Positions 31,588 through 41,906 of a DNA stretch of 64,000 bases are shown here, piece after piece. The notes beneath the pieces are model-generated. The model ran no database searches, had not been told where the DNA came from, and was given only the letters and a program-made list of their open reading frames with translations. The first letter of the stretch is position 1. Each line of letters starts with the position of its first letter. The stretch comes from Candidatus Kapaibacterium sp. (GTDB lineage: Bacteria > Bacteroidota > Ignavibacteria > Kapaibacteriales > UBA2268), in NCBI GenBank assembly GCA_963665665.1, contig OY762428.1:4256001-4320000 (forward strand). The letters are read 5' to 3'. Both the position numbers and the translations under genes were made by a program.

Positions 31588-33627
31588 TTACTTGTTCAGA
31601 ATAAGAAATTCCACTCTGCGGTTAAGGCTTCTGTTTTCGTCATTTGAATTAGGAACAATCGGCCTGGACTGCCCCAAACCTTTGGTCTTTATCCTGGATT
31701 TTCCGATTCCTCCTTTTACAAGATAATCTTTTACCGCAGCTGCACGCTTTTGGGATAAGTTCAGGTTAAATCCTTTTGATCCGACATCATCGGTATGGCC
31801 CTGAATTTCAATTTTTATATCATTATTTGATTTCATGAACACAATAACTCTGTTCAGCTCGGCAAAAGAATCCTCAAGCAAATCGTATTTACCAAAATCA
31901 AAAAATATATTATTCAGCCTTATCTTCTGCCCAACCTTAACGGGAACCATCATCAGGTCACGATTTATTTCGGAATACTCGTCAATTTTAGTCAGGTCAA
32001 GATTTTCATTTACTGCCAGGAATGAATCCGCCTCGGCCAGAAAACCATATTTAGCTCCTCCGGGAAGAACTATCTGGTATTCACCGGTTTTTGGGTTGGA
32101 TCTTGCTATTCCAGCTTCTTTTCCTCCGGGTAAAATCTCGTAGAAAATTTTAGCAGGAAGCGGTTTTTTGGTTTCACTATTCAGAACTTTACCTGTAATA
32201 AGGACTACCGGCTTGGGTTTCAGGGCCTTTGGTAATCTCACTCTGTAAATATCTTCCTTAAAATCATCAGAAACAGCAGAAACAAAATAGGCATAATTTC
32301 CACTGGCAGGAATTGTAAAATAGGCATCCCAGCCTTTTGTATTAACCACATTGCCAATGTTAACAGGTTCTTCCCAGTTTTGCCAGGTTGAATCCAACCT
32401 TCTCGACATAAAGATGTCATTTCGGCCAAAGCCGCATATACCTGCACTTGAATAATATATTGTTTTCCCGTCAGATGCAAGAAAAGCAGCAACATCGTCA
32501 TCAGCAGTGTTTATCTGCGGCCCAAGATTCAATGGTTTTGCCCAGCTTCCGTCATCCTTTCTGAAAGATACATATATATCATTCTGTCCATATCCGTCGC
32601 CTCTGTCCAGGGCCATTAGGAGAGTTTTCCCGTCAGATGCCAGTGATGACGTGGTTTTGGACTGTTTGGTATAATAATCATCAATAACAATTTTTTTGGG
32701 AAAACTCCACTGTTCTCCTTCAAAATAACTGATCGATAATCCCTGTTCATATTCAACCCGGGGCTTATAAACAGTGCCAAGAAGCATGGAATTCTGATCA
32801 GGTGAAATGGATACGGCAAAATTACTGGAACTGTTGTTTATAGGGTATCCAATGTTTGCCGCTTCCTTGAAATTGCCATTTTCATTCATGTCTGAATACC
32901 ACACGTCCTGCAGGTTTTTTTTGCCAACATTATCAGGATGCCTGTCCCGGGTGAAATAAACTCTTTTGCCATCCTGGGATATTAGTGGTGCCAATTCAGA
33001 GTATATTGAATTGATATTGGAACCCAGATTTTCCGGAGCAGAAACAAAAAGTTTATCGTTTATTTGATTAATTTCGGGTTCAACAGGAATTTTCGAAGTT
33101 GAAATTGCAATGGCATCGATTTGGTTATAATTTTTTACTTTGTAGGTATCCATCACCAGTTTCAGCGATTTCACCCTGTATGAAGTTTCGGGAATGATAA
33201 TATGAAGCATTCTGCCGGGCTTGCCTTTTGCTTTGAAGGCCGGCTTTGAATAAACAAGATACTCCTTGTTTGAAAAATCGTATAAATAAATTCCTGTGAT
33301 GGAACCGGGGTTTACATTCTCATGTATAGCAATTTGTCTTACTTTAACCGGGCTTTCAAATCCTACGTGAATCCATTCACCCTTTACATAATCAGGTGAA
33401 CGAGGCGACCATGCGCAGGGCGACGGGCCGAAATCCGGCATTATGCTTGGCGGCCCAAGTACCTGGTAGGCTGAATACTGCTTTGATGATATGTGTGATG
33501 AAACCCCGATTAATTCCGAAGCCCACTGAACTTCATCATTGGCAGATAAGTAGCCGGTAATCATCCATAAAACAAGGATTACAATCGGGGAAAAAAGTTT
33601 ATATTTTTTTTCAGTTACCACCACCAT
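31588..33627 (-). CDS. OmpA-family protein with N-terminal discoidin-like domain and PD40 propeller
   Basis: P.NLG..IN repeats; NIFFDFGK, IEIQGHTD, NLNLSQKRA, NRRVEF OmpA-C motifs; start codon uncertain. Confidence 0.88.
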   Translation of the reverse strand: MVVVTEKKYKLFSPIVILVLWMITGYLSANDEVQWASELIGVSSHISSKQYSAYQVLGPPSIMPDFGPSPCAWSPRSPDYVKGEWIHVGFESPVKVRQIAIHENVNPGSITGIYLYDFSNKEYLVYSKPAFKAKGKPGRMLHIIIPETSYRVKSLKLVMDTYKVKNYNQIDAIAISTSKIPVEPEINQINDKLFVSAPENLGSNINSIYSELAPLISQDGKRVYFTRDRHPDNVGKKNLQDVWYSDMNENGNFKEAANIGYPINNSSSNFAVSISPDQNSMLLGTVYKPRVEYEQGLSISYFEGEQWSFPKKIVIDDYYTKQSKTTSSLASDGKTLLMALDRGDGYGQNDIYVSFRKDDGSWAKPLNLGPQINTADDDVAAFLASDGKTIYYSSAGICGFGRNDIFMSRRLDSTWQNWEEPVNIGNVVNTKGWDAYFTIPASGNYAYFVSAVSDDFKEDIYRVRLPKALKPKPVVLITGKVLNSETKKPLPAKIFYEILPGGKEAGIARSNPKTGEYQIVLPGGAKYGFLAEADSFLAVNENLDLTKIDEYSEINRDLMMVPVKVGQKIRLNNIFFDFGKYDLLEDSFAELNRVIVFMKSNNDIKIEIQGHTDDVGSKGFNLNLSQKRAAAVKDYLVKGGIGKSRIKTKGLGQSRPIVPNSNDENRSLNRRVEFLILNK

Positions 33628-34625
33628 TCCCTTTTTGTCTGCCTGTTCATCAGATCCCGTATGGCATCGAGTGGATCCATTTCTTCGAACAAAATTTTAT
33701 AAACATGCTCGGCAATTGGCATTTCCACACCATGCTTTTCGCCAAGCTTAAAAGCTGATTTGGTTGTAAAAACACCCTCGGCAACCATTTTCATGTTTGA
33801 TTGAATTTCAGCTAAAGACTGTCCGCGGCCAATCTTTTCTCCAACACTACGATTTCTGCTGTGGCGGCTGCTGCATGTTACATACATATCGCCAAGCCCG
33901 GATAGACCCGAAAAAGTCATATTATTTGCGCCGAGTGCAACTCCAAGGCGGGACATTTCGGCAAGTCCGCGTGTAACCAGTGCTGCCTTTGTATTATCTC
34001 CAAGTTCTAACCCGTCAATAATACCGGCGGCAAGAGCTATTACATTTTTCAGAGCGCCGCCAAGTTCGCAGCCAACTACATCATCAGTTGTATAAACACG
34101 GAAAGTCTCGTTCGATATCAATTCCTGCAATTCAGCGGCAAGTTTCCTGCTTTCCGAAGCAGCAACTACGGTGGTTGGTGTCATTCGTGAAACTTCTTCA
34201 GCATGGCTGGGCCCTGACAAAACTGCAAAGTTTTCTGATTTTGTTCCTGCTGCTTCGGCAAGAATCTCCGAAACTCTGAATAAAGATCCGATCTCTATTC
34301 CCTTAGCCACACTGATAACAGGCTTTTCCCTAAAATTAAAATCTTCATCCGATATCATTTTCCGGATATATTGTGTCGGGGTTGCAATAATATAGTAATC
34401 ACATCCCCTGAGACGCCTTGATTTATTGGTGGCTTTAACATTTCTTGGCAATTCAACTCCGGGCAGAAACATCGTATTCAGGTGCTCTTCATTTATTTCC
34501 GCGCACACTTCTTCTTCTCTGGCCCACATAAGAACTTTATGGCCGTTTCTGGCAAGTACCGATCCTACGGCAGTTCCCCAGCCCCCGGCACCTATTATTC
34601 CAAATTCTTTAGCCCAAAATTTCAT
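33615..34625 (-). CDS. gpsA: NAD(P)H-dependent glycerol-3-phosphate dehydrogenase
   Basis: GAGGWGTA, SGPSHAEEV, GALKNVIA, GDNTKAALVTRGL, GLGD..VTC.SRHSRN, AEGV. Confidence 0.96.
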   Translation of the reverse strand: MKFWAKEFGIIGAGGWGTAVGSVLARNGHKVLMWAREEEVCAEINEEHLNTMFLPGVELPRNVKATNKSRRLRGCDYYIIATPTQYIRKMISDEDFNFREKPVISVAKGIEIGSLFRVSEILAEAAGTKSENFAVLSGPSHAEEVSRMTPTTVVAASESRKLAAELQELISNETFRVYTTDDVVGCELGGALKNVIALAAGIIDGLELGDNTKAALVTRGLAEMSRLGVALGANNMTFSGLSGLGDMYVTCSSRHSRNRSVGEKIGRGQSLAEIQSNMKMVAEGVFTTKSAFKLGEKHGVEMPIAEHVYKILFEEMDPLDAIRDLMNRQTKREWWW

Positions 34626-35048
34626 TCTAACATACTAGTCGTTTTAAAAATATCAATTGATAAAATTAACATTAATTACGAGAACAAACAAGGCAATAAC
34701 TAATTAAGGAGAAAAAAATAATAATACCGGGATTTTCTGGCTTTATCTTTTTAATTAGGCATTTATCATTTATAAGCCTTGCGTTTCGATTAAACAATTA
34801 ATTCTGATTCTAAAATGGCAGAATTAAAAAATTTAAAAAAAAATATTACATATAATTATGATTATTCAAAATATATATTTTGTATTCTATTGGTATAAAA
34901 GTTGTTTACATACATGCAACATTTTCGGTTACATGAATTCAATTTGCTTTCATTTTTTGTGAAATATTGTATATATTTTTTATATTGACTCTTGCTATAC
35001 CTGATTTCTTTGAAAATTTTGTGAACTACATAACAATAAGGAGACGCC

Positions 35049-35624
35049 ATGACAGATAAAAAAGTAAAAGAAATAATGATTTCTGTTAATGATTATCCCA
35101 TAGTAGATCATGAAGCAAGTATTTTTGATGCAATAAAAATATTGGAAAAATCATACGATCATTCCAGGGGAAACAAACATCCCTACAGAGCTGTTTTGGT
35201 TTCTCAGAATAACAAAATAATTGGCAAGATCGGGCATCTAACCTTCCTGAAAGCTCTTGAACCGAATTACGAAAGGTTACAAATGGATGAAACATTGATA
35301 AGAGCCAACCTTAGTTCGGATTTTATCGATGCTGTAAAAACCAATTTTAACCTATGGGAAAATAACTTTATTGATATATGCAGCAGGGCGGCAGCTATCA
35401 TCGTTAAAGATATTATGAAGCCTATTAAAGAAAGTATCAACGGAGATTCAGACCTGATAGAAGCTATGCACAAAATGATAATGTGGCAAACTCTTTCCAT
35501 TCCCGTTGTGGAGGGCGGAAAGATCATCGGTATAATTCGATTATCAGACTTATATGAGGAATTCGCAACTTTTATTAGCGGAAACTGCTGCAATAATTCA
35601 AATAAGAATCAGGAGGGCATTTAA
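35049..35624 (+). CDS. CBS-pair domain protein
   Basis: KVKEIM...YPIV....SIFDA and VKDIM...IPVVEGGKIIGIIRLSD; TAATG overlap with next gene. Confidence 0.88.
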   Translation: MTDKKVKEIMISVNDYPIVDHEASIFDAIKILEKSYDHSRGNKHPYRAVLVSQNNKIIGKIGHLTFLKALEPNYERLQMDETLIRANLSSDFIDAVKTNFNLWENNFIDICSRAAAIIVKDIMKPIKESINGDSDLIEAMHKMIMWQTLSIPVVEGGKIIGIIRLSDLYEEFATFISGNCCNNSNKNQEGI

Positions 35625-37657
35625 TGAACAGAATTCTTATAATTGATGATGAAGATAATTTTCGTGAATCTCTTTCCCAGAGATTAAAGGTACGAGGATA
35701 TGAGAACATTACGCTGAATAGCGGCCTTAATGCTATGAAAGTTGTTCGTACTAATGATGACATTGATGTTGTTATCCTGGATAGAATGATGCCCGATATG
35801 AATGGCGAACAAGTCCTCCGCGAAATCAAAAAATATCGTCCGGAAATCCAGGTGATAATGCTTACCGGCCACGGTACTCACGAATCAGCCATGGAAGTTG
35901 GCAAGCTTGACGCGTTTAAGTATCTTCAGAAACCATGCGAATTAGAAGTCCTGATTGAAGTAATCGGGAATGCCAGGAAGGCCAAAATCAGAGCCATGGC
36001 AAGCCATGAAATACCGAACGTGAAAAAAGGTAACATCTGGACATGGATGAAAGGAGTTCATAATTCTAAACCGGGCATAATAATTCTGGGATTTGCAATT
36101 TTCGCTTCCATTATGTTGCTGCCAGCCCCACAAAGGCTGCATGAACTATTAGGTTTTGAAAAAACTGCCCAAAGCACTGATATTAATATCGGATATTCCG
36201 ATTATAAAAATATGGAAGTTGGGCAGAATGTCGCAGAGTATTACGGGAAAAAAAGTAAAACTGAAAAAACTATTATCAATAGCGACGGAACAAAGTCCAC
36301 AATTCCGCTTTCAGTTGATGAATCTGTTGACAGAGCCAGGATCATGATAGGAGTTCTAATAGTAGCCGCGCTTTTTTGGGCCACCGGAGCAATGCCTATA
36401 GGAATAACCGCTCTTCTTGTTGGTGTTATAATGTATCTCGGCGGTATATTAAAGCCCAACGACGCTGCATCGGCATTTGTCAAAGATTCAGTGATATTTG
36501 TTTTCGGTGTTCTTGCGTTTTCCAAGGCAATAACCAAAACCGGCCTTGACAGGAGAATCGGATTGATACTGCTTGGTTCGTCGAAAAAAATCAGGCTTTA
36601 CCTATTCCTTTTTCTTCCATTATTCAGTATTTCATGTTCTTTTCTTTCCGAACATGCTCTGGTTGCCTTTATTATGCCGGTATTGCTGATTGTTTATTTA
36701 AAATCAATTGAGAGAGTTGGAATACAGGAAGATTACAAGTATGCAGTAATGTTGTTTTTAGCCTTAAATTTTGCAGCTAATGCCGGCGGGCCGGGGTCAC
36801 CTGCAGCCGGCGGAAGAAATGCCATTATGATGGGAATTTTATCAGATTACGGCATGGCCCCGACTTTCGGGCAATGGGTTCAGTACGGGCTTCCGTTTGT
36901 TCCTGTAATGGCTTTGGTTATTGGCACTTATTTCTACTTTGCCTGTTACAGGAAAAGCAAGGTAAAAGGTATAAACCTGTCATCAATTGTTAAAGATGCC
37001 TCAAAGAAAATCGGGCCTATGACGAAAAGCGAGTACAAAACCACCGCCATATTAGTACTATTAATAATACTCTGGGTGGGTTTCAGCGATGTTCTCGGTA
37101 TGGGCGGGCCTGTTCTGATAGCATTGGTTCTTGCAAATATTTTCAGAATTATTTCCTTCAGGGATATTTCAAAAATACAATGGGAAGTTGTAGCTTTATA
37201 TGCAGCTGCCACAGCTCTTGGCAAGGGGCTGGCAATTACAGGTGCTGCATTATTCATTGCCGACTGGTTTATAAGCGTATTGCCGGAAGCTTTAATGTCA
37301 GGTGCCGGGCTTGCCATGTCTGTTGGTGTTTTCACAGGTATTGTTACCAATTTCATGAGTGATGGTGCGGCAGTCTCTGCTATCGGGCCAATTACTGTTC
37401 CTATGGCTAAGATTGCAGGCGCTCATCCTTGGATGGTTGGGCTGATAACAGCATTCACATCATCGTTTGCTTACATATTTGTAATTGGCACGCCAAACAA
37501 TGCTATTGTTTATACCATGGCTAAAAATCCTAATACCGGGGAACAGTTAGTAAAACTCGGTGATTTCCTGAAGCATGGAATCGCAGTATGGATTCTGTCG
37601 ATGCTTGTAATATTTTTCTGGGTAATACTTGGTTACTGGCAGATAATTGGTTTTTAA
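35624..37657 (+). CDS. Receiver (REC) domain fused to SLC13/DASS-family permease
   Basis: N-terminal ILIIDDE...ILDRMMP...MLTGHG...LQKP, then multi-TM DASS motifs (FWAT.AMP, TGLDRRI, GGPGSPAAGGRN, TNFMSD, IGTPNNAIVY). Confidence 0.88.
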   Translation: MNRILIIDDEDNFRESLSQRLKVRGYENITLNSGLNAMKVVRTNDDIDVVILDRMMPDMNGEQVLREIKKYRPEIQVIMLTGHGTHESAMEVGKLDAFKYLQKPCELEVLIEVIGNARKAKIRAMASHEIPNVKKGNIWTWMKGVHNSKPGIIILGFAIFASIMLLPAPQRLHELLGFEKTAQSTDINIGYSDYKNMEVGQNVAEYYGKKSKTEKTIINSDGTKSTIPLSVDESVDRARIMIGVLIVAALFWATGAMPIGITALLVGVIMYLGGILKPNDAASAFVKDSVIFVFGVLAFSKAITKTGLDRRIGLILLGSSKKIRLYLFLFLPLFSISCSFLSEHALVAFIMPVLLIVYLKSIERVGIQEDYKYAVMLFLALNFAANAGGPGSPAAGGRNAIMMGILSDYGMAPTFGQWVQYGLPFVPVMALVIGTYFYFACYRKSKVKGINLSSIVKDASKKIGPMTKSEYKTTAILVLLIILWVGFSDVLGMGGPVLIALVLANIFRIISFRDISKIQWEVVALYAAATALGKGLAITGAALFIADWFISVLPEALMSGAGLAMSVGVFTGIVTNFMSDGAAVSAIGPITVPMAKIAGAHPWMVGLITAFTSSFAYIFVIGTPNNAIVYTMAKNPNTGEQLVKLGDFLKHGIAVWILSMLVIFFWVILGYWQIIGF

Positions 37658-37709
37658 TCGTCTTATATAATTAATTGAAATAATAATTTACATATATTGT
37701 GGAGTTATC

Positions 37710-38195
37710 ATGGAAAAAATACAATTATTGATAGTTGACGATGAGGAAAAATTCCTCGATTCTATTGCACAGAGGCTTGAACTTAGAGATTTTGACGTAA
37801 CAAAGGCAACAAACGGTGCCGATGCAATTGCAAGAGTTCAGGAAAAAAAATACGATCTGGCTTTGCTCGATCTTAAAATGCCGGGAATTGACGGGAAGCA
37901 GCTTCTTTCAATTTTGAAAAAAGATCATAAGTATATAGAAGTTATTATGCTTACCGGCCACGGTTCACTTGAATCAGCTGTTGAGTGCACTAAGCTCGGT
38001 GCTTTTGGTTATCTGCCTAAGCCTTATGAATTGGACAAGTTGCTGGAAGTTCTTAAAGAAGCATATCAGGCCAGGCTAAAGAAAAAATTCGATTCTGATA
38101 GTGACAAAATGGACAAACTGATGAATATAGCCATTGGCAGCAGCCCGCTCAGCATATTGAAACAAATGAGGGAACTTGACGACGATGAGAAATAG
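37710..38195 (+). CDS. Single-domain response regulator with short helical tail
   Basis: LIVDDE, LLDLKMPG, MLTGHG, LPKP; no HTH or AAA+ output. Confidence 0.92.
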   Translation: MEKIQLLIVDDEEKFLDSIAQRLELRDFDVTKATNGADAIARVQEKKYDLALLDLKMPGIDGKQLLSILKKDHKYIEVIMLTGHGSLESAVECTKLGAFGYLPKPYELDKLLEVLKEAYQARLKKKFDSDSDKMDKLMNIAIGSSPLSILKQMRELDDDEK

Positions 38196-38217
38196 TTAAA
38201 CATATCACGGCTTCGAA

Positions 38218-39906
38218 ATGAAAACTAACAAAAAAAATCTGAAGAGCGATTTTCCGGGTATATCGCTTAGGGAAACTCATTACAAAGATTTGTTCAGGAG
38301 GAATTTTATAAGATTATCCTTTACTTATCTAACTCCATTGATTTTGTTGATAGTTTTTGCACAGTATCAATACACGAAATTGCTACAGGAAAGCCGGGAT
38401 ATTCATCTTCGTTCGGTTGCCGAGCAAAAAACAAACCTGCTGGATCTTTTTCTCAGGGAAAGAGTTCTCAATATTATTAATCTTCTGGAAGATCCGAGAT
38501 TTGAGATACCTCCGTCTGATATTCAGATGGAAAAATACCTGACAAAACTGAAAAATGACAGTGAAGCATTTACAGATATTGACTTTTTTGATACTCTTGG
38601 TGTACGGGTTTGTTATGCCGGGCCAGGAACAATAGGCGATATACGGGATTATAGTAATGAGATATGGTATTCCAACCTGAAAGATTCAGGAAAAAAATCG
38701 GTAATAACAGACATATATCTTGGCTTCAGGAAGAAAGCACATTTTACTATAGGAGTATGCCGGAAAATCAAAGATAAATTATACGTTCTCCGGGCTACAC
38801 TTGATCCCGGAAAGATTTACGATTATATTAATTCCTTCTCCGGATCATCGGATTTGAATATTGCCGTTATTAATGACGAGGGAAAATACCAGGTTGTAAC
38901 TCAGGGAAATGGAAAAGTACTGGAAAAATCTCCAATAAAACCATCCCGGGATAAAAAATTCGGAACTTTGATAACACAATCGGATGGCCAGGAAATATCT
39001 TATGCCTTTTCATGGTTGTCGCAGGTGGACTGGGTGGTGATTGTTAGCGAAAAACCGAGTAGAAATTCAATATCTTTCTGGGGATTTCATCCCGATGTTA
39101 TGATATTTTCCGGTATAGTCTTTTTCATTATTGCTGTTCTTGTTGTTTTCAGATCAAGAAAGATTGCTTTGATTGAAGTTGAAAAAGATATTACAAGATC
39201 ACAATTGGAGCAGGCATCCAAACTGGCAAGTGTTGGTGAACTTGCTTCAGGTATTGCCCACGAAATAAACAATCCCCTGGCAATTATTGCCAGCGAAACC
39301 GGACTTTTGAAAGATATGATGAACCCTGAATTTGATATGAAGCCGACTTTTGAACAGTTACTGCCACATATTGAGAACATCAGGGATGCGGTTTTCAGAT
39401 GCAGGGATATTACCAGGAAGCTACTCAGTTTTGTCAGGAAAAACGATATTGTACTGAAGCAGTATGATATTCATGCAATTATTGATGATATTGTGGTTGG
39501 CTTTTATGATAAGAAAATGTCTATTTCTAATATCGAGGTTATAAGGCACTATGGCGATGATATCCCGATGTTAACCACTGATGCAAACCAGATAAAGCAG
39601 GTTCTTTTGAACATTATTAATAATGCAGCTGACTCTATCAAACCTCCCGGAAAGATAACTATAACCAGCAAACTGAATAATGGTTTTGTTTCTATTGCCA
39701 TTTCTGATACGGGTAAAGGTATCCATGAAGATGATATATCCAAAATATTCCTGCCATTTTTCACAACAAAGGAAGTCGGGAAAGGAACCGGCCTTGGATT
39801 ATCAGTTAGCTATGGTATCGTTAAAGGATTCGGGGGTACAATTGAAGTTGAAAGCATTTTGAATAAAGGAACAACATTTATAATTAACCTTCCACTGAAT
39901 CTTTGA
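38218..39906 (+). CDS. Cache-domain sensor histidine kinase (NtrB-like core)
   Basis: Two TMs around a Cache domain; LASGIAHEINNPL, QVLLNIINNA, DTGKGI, PFFTTK..GKGTGLGL. Confidence 0.93.
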   Translation: MKTNKKNLKSDFPGISLRETHYKDLFRRNFIRLSFTYLTPLILLIVFAQYQYTKLLQESRDIHLRSVAEQKTNLLDLFLRERVLNIINLLEDPRFEIPPSDIQMEKYLTKLKNDSEAFTDIDFFDTLGVRVCYAGPGTIGDIRDYSNEIWYSNLKDSGKKSVITDIYLGFRKKAHFTIGVCRKIKDKLYVLRATLDPGKIYDYINSFSGSSDLNIAVINDEGKYQVVTQGNGKVLEKSPIKPSRDKKFGTLITQSDGQEISYAFSWLSQVDWVVIVSEKPSRNSISFWGFHPDVMIFSGIVFFIIAVLVVFRSRKIALIEVEKDITRSQLEQASKLASVGELASGIAHEINNPLAIIASETGLLKDMMNPEFDMKPTFEQLLPHIENIRDAVFRCRDITRKLLSFVRKNDIVLKQYDIHAIIDDIVVGFYDKKMSISNIEVIRHYGDDIPMLTTDANQIKQVLLNIINNAADSIKPPGKITITSKLNNGFVSIAISDTGKGIHEDDISKIFLPFFTTKEVGKGTGLGLSVSYGIVKGFGGTIEVESILNKGTTFIINLPLNL

Positions 39907-39959
39907 TATAAGAAAAAAATATGTGACTTGCAAAAGATCTATTTGAGAACATTTTTCAA

Positions 39960-40685
39960 TTATTCTTCAATTTTCTTTACTTCGCCAACCCCGGTTACAT
40001 TACTAACCACTTCCGGATCTCCCCGGTAAAACACCCTGCCGGCTCCGGTAATAGTGGCACTCAGATTGTCTGTTGCATAAACTTTTACATCTCCGGTACC
40101 GGTAATTACCACAACAACATCTTTCGAGATCAGGCTGTCGCAATTAATATAACCTGCGCCCTCAATATTTGCGGATAATTTTTCAGTTTCACCTTTCATT
40201 CCAATTGTTCCGCCGCCTGTTATCCGCAACTCAATATCATTTGATTTAACTGAATCAATATCAATATTGCCTGCTCCCTCGATATTAAGGCTGAATTCAT
40301 CTTGTTCAAGTATCGGGCATTCCAAATTACCAGCACCAATAATGCTTACAGAAGCAAGGTCCTTCACCTCGATAATATAATCTAATACTGTTGGTGATAT
40401 GGATTTTCCGGAAGTTGTTAGTAAAAGATCTTTTCCACTTACTGTAGTTCTTATTTCTTCCTGAATGTTATCGTCTGTTCTTACAATCAATTTTTCACTT
40501 CCCGTCTGGCTTATATATAAATTTCCGGAGCCTTCCATAGTTATGGACTTAAAATCAGGAATATCGCGGGTTATTTGAATGATATTCCCTGATCCGTGAA
40601 TAGTCCCGTCGGAACTTCCGTCCTCATCGCAGGCCGACAGAAAAACAAAAAGCACAACACAAAAAATATTTATTATATGTTTCAT
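39960..40685 (-). CDS. DUF2807/GIN-domain lipoprotein
   Basis: Lipobox LSAC; GSGN..., repeated I.GAG.I beta-roll motifs, YRGDP. Confidence 0.88.
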   Translation of the reverse strand: MKHIINIFCVVLFVFLSACDEDGSSDGTIHGSGNIIQITRDIPDFKSITMEGSGNLYISQTGSEKLIVRTDDNIQEEIRTTVSGKDLLLTTSGKSISPTVLDYIIEVKDLASVSIIGAGNLECPILEQDEFSLNIEGAGNIDIDSVKSNDIELRITGGGTIGMKGETEKLSANIEGAGYINCDSLISKDVVVVITGTGDVKVYATDNLSATITGAGRVFYRGDPEVVSNVTGVGEVKKIEE

Positions 40686-40693
40686 TATTATTC

Positions 40694-41887
40694 TCACTTT
40701 TCTGAGTTTTCAAAATACCTGTATCCCTTTAAATAAGCGCTTATCATTATCCAGAACATAGCAATTATGGATGACAGGACTGCCGTAAGTATAAGCATTA
40801 ATGATCTTTTAGGGGAAGATTTCTTTTCAGGTGGTACGGCCTCGTCCAGAACTTCAACAGAAGGTATATCCTTTTGCTCCTGAATGGCTTCCTGATGCCT
40901 CTGTGTTTCGAGATACATTATCACTTTTTCAAGGATTTTCCTGTTTCTTTCCATATCAGTGTAAATTCTGACAATTTCAGGTATTTTATCAAATGGAATT
41001 GAAAAAGAATCATCATCAGTCAGTCCGCCGGACTGAACATTCATGTATTGTTCACGGATTTTTTCAACTGCCGACTTATAGGCTTTAACGGTTGGAAAAC
41101 TTGAGTTCCACTGTCTTTCGGCAAGGGCAAGGTCGATTTCGGCCTGAGCTAATTGTACCCCAATATCTATTGTTTGTTTTAATATTGCGGATGTCTGCTC
41201 TTCAGGATCCAGAATTTTATTTTTTTCCTGGTAATCTTCAATCTCAAGTTCAAGCGAATCAAGTGTTCTTCTGTAATGGCCCAAAGTATTTTCAATATAG
41301 ATCCTGGAATTTTTTGCAGAAGAAATATTCTTTTTTCTTATAACATTATCAAGAGCTTCAACAGCTGAATTAGCAATTTTGGAAGACATAATGGCTGCAT
41401 ATTTTTCATCCTCACTATCAGGCAACCAACCTGTGCTATAATTGGCAGTCAGGGAAAGAAGCCCGCTTCTTGATAGTTCTGCTTCAATCATGTTAGATAT
41501 CATTTTAACCAGATCCAGACGACTGAATTCTTTAAATTCTTCCATCTCATGGATTTTATTTTTTTCGATAATAAATTCTGCAACCGAACGGCTTTGGAGT
41601 ATCTCGGCAAAAATCTTTATCTGGTTTCCACCGCCCATGTTGCCAAGCACAAGGTTCCCTCCGGAAAAACTTTGCAGAAAACTGCTTAATCCGCCGCCGC
41701 GATCGTTGCCTTCGGGCGGAAGGATTGAAGACGATGCTTCAAATTCTCTCGGCATTATGTAGGAATATATCCCCACAACTGCTATTGAAATAATAATAAA
41801 CAGTGAAAGAAATTTTCTTCTGAGTTTTACCAACTCGAAAATCAATTTAAAATTAAGTTCCAGAGATACTTTTTGATTGTCTTTCAT
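40694..41887 (-). CDS. Polysaccharide co-polymerase (Wzz/GumC-like, no kinase domain)
   Basis: Two TMs flanking a coiled coil; ILQSRSV; VLDEAVPPEKKSSPKRSL. Confidence 0.88.
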   Translation of the reverse strand: MKDNQKVSLELNFKLIFELVKLRRKFLSLFIIISIAVVGIYSYIMPREFEASSSILPPEGNDRGGGLSSFLQSFSGGNLVLGNMGGGNQIKIFAEILQSRSVAEFIIEKNKIHEMEEFKEFSRLDLVKMISNMIEAELSRSGLLSLTANYSTGWLPDSEDEKYAAIMSSKIANSAVEALDNVIRKKNISSAKNSRIYIENTLGHYRRTLDSLELEIEDYQEKNKILDPEEQTSAILKQTIDIGVQLAQAEIDLALAERQWNSSFPTVKAYKSAVEKIREQYMNVQSGGLTDDDSFSIPFDKIPEIVRIYTDMERNRKILEKVIMYLETQRHQEAIQEQKDIPSVEVLDEAVPPEKKSSPKRSLMLILTAVLSSIIAMFWIMISAYLKGYRYFENSEK

Positions 41888-41906
41888 TAACAAATAATCC
41901 GAATTT

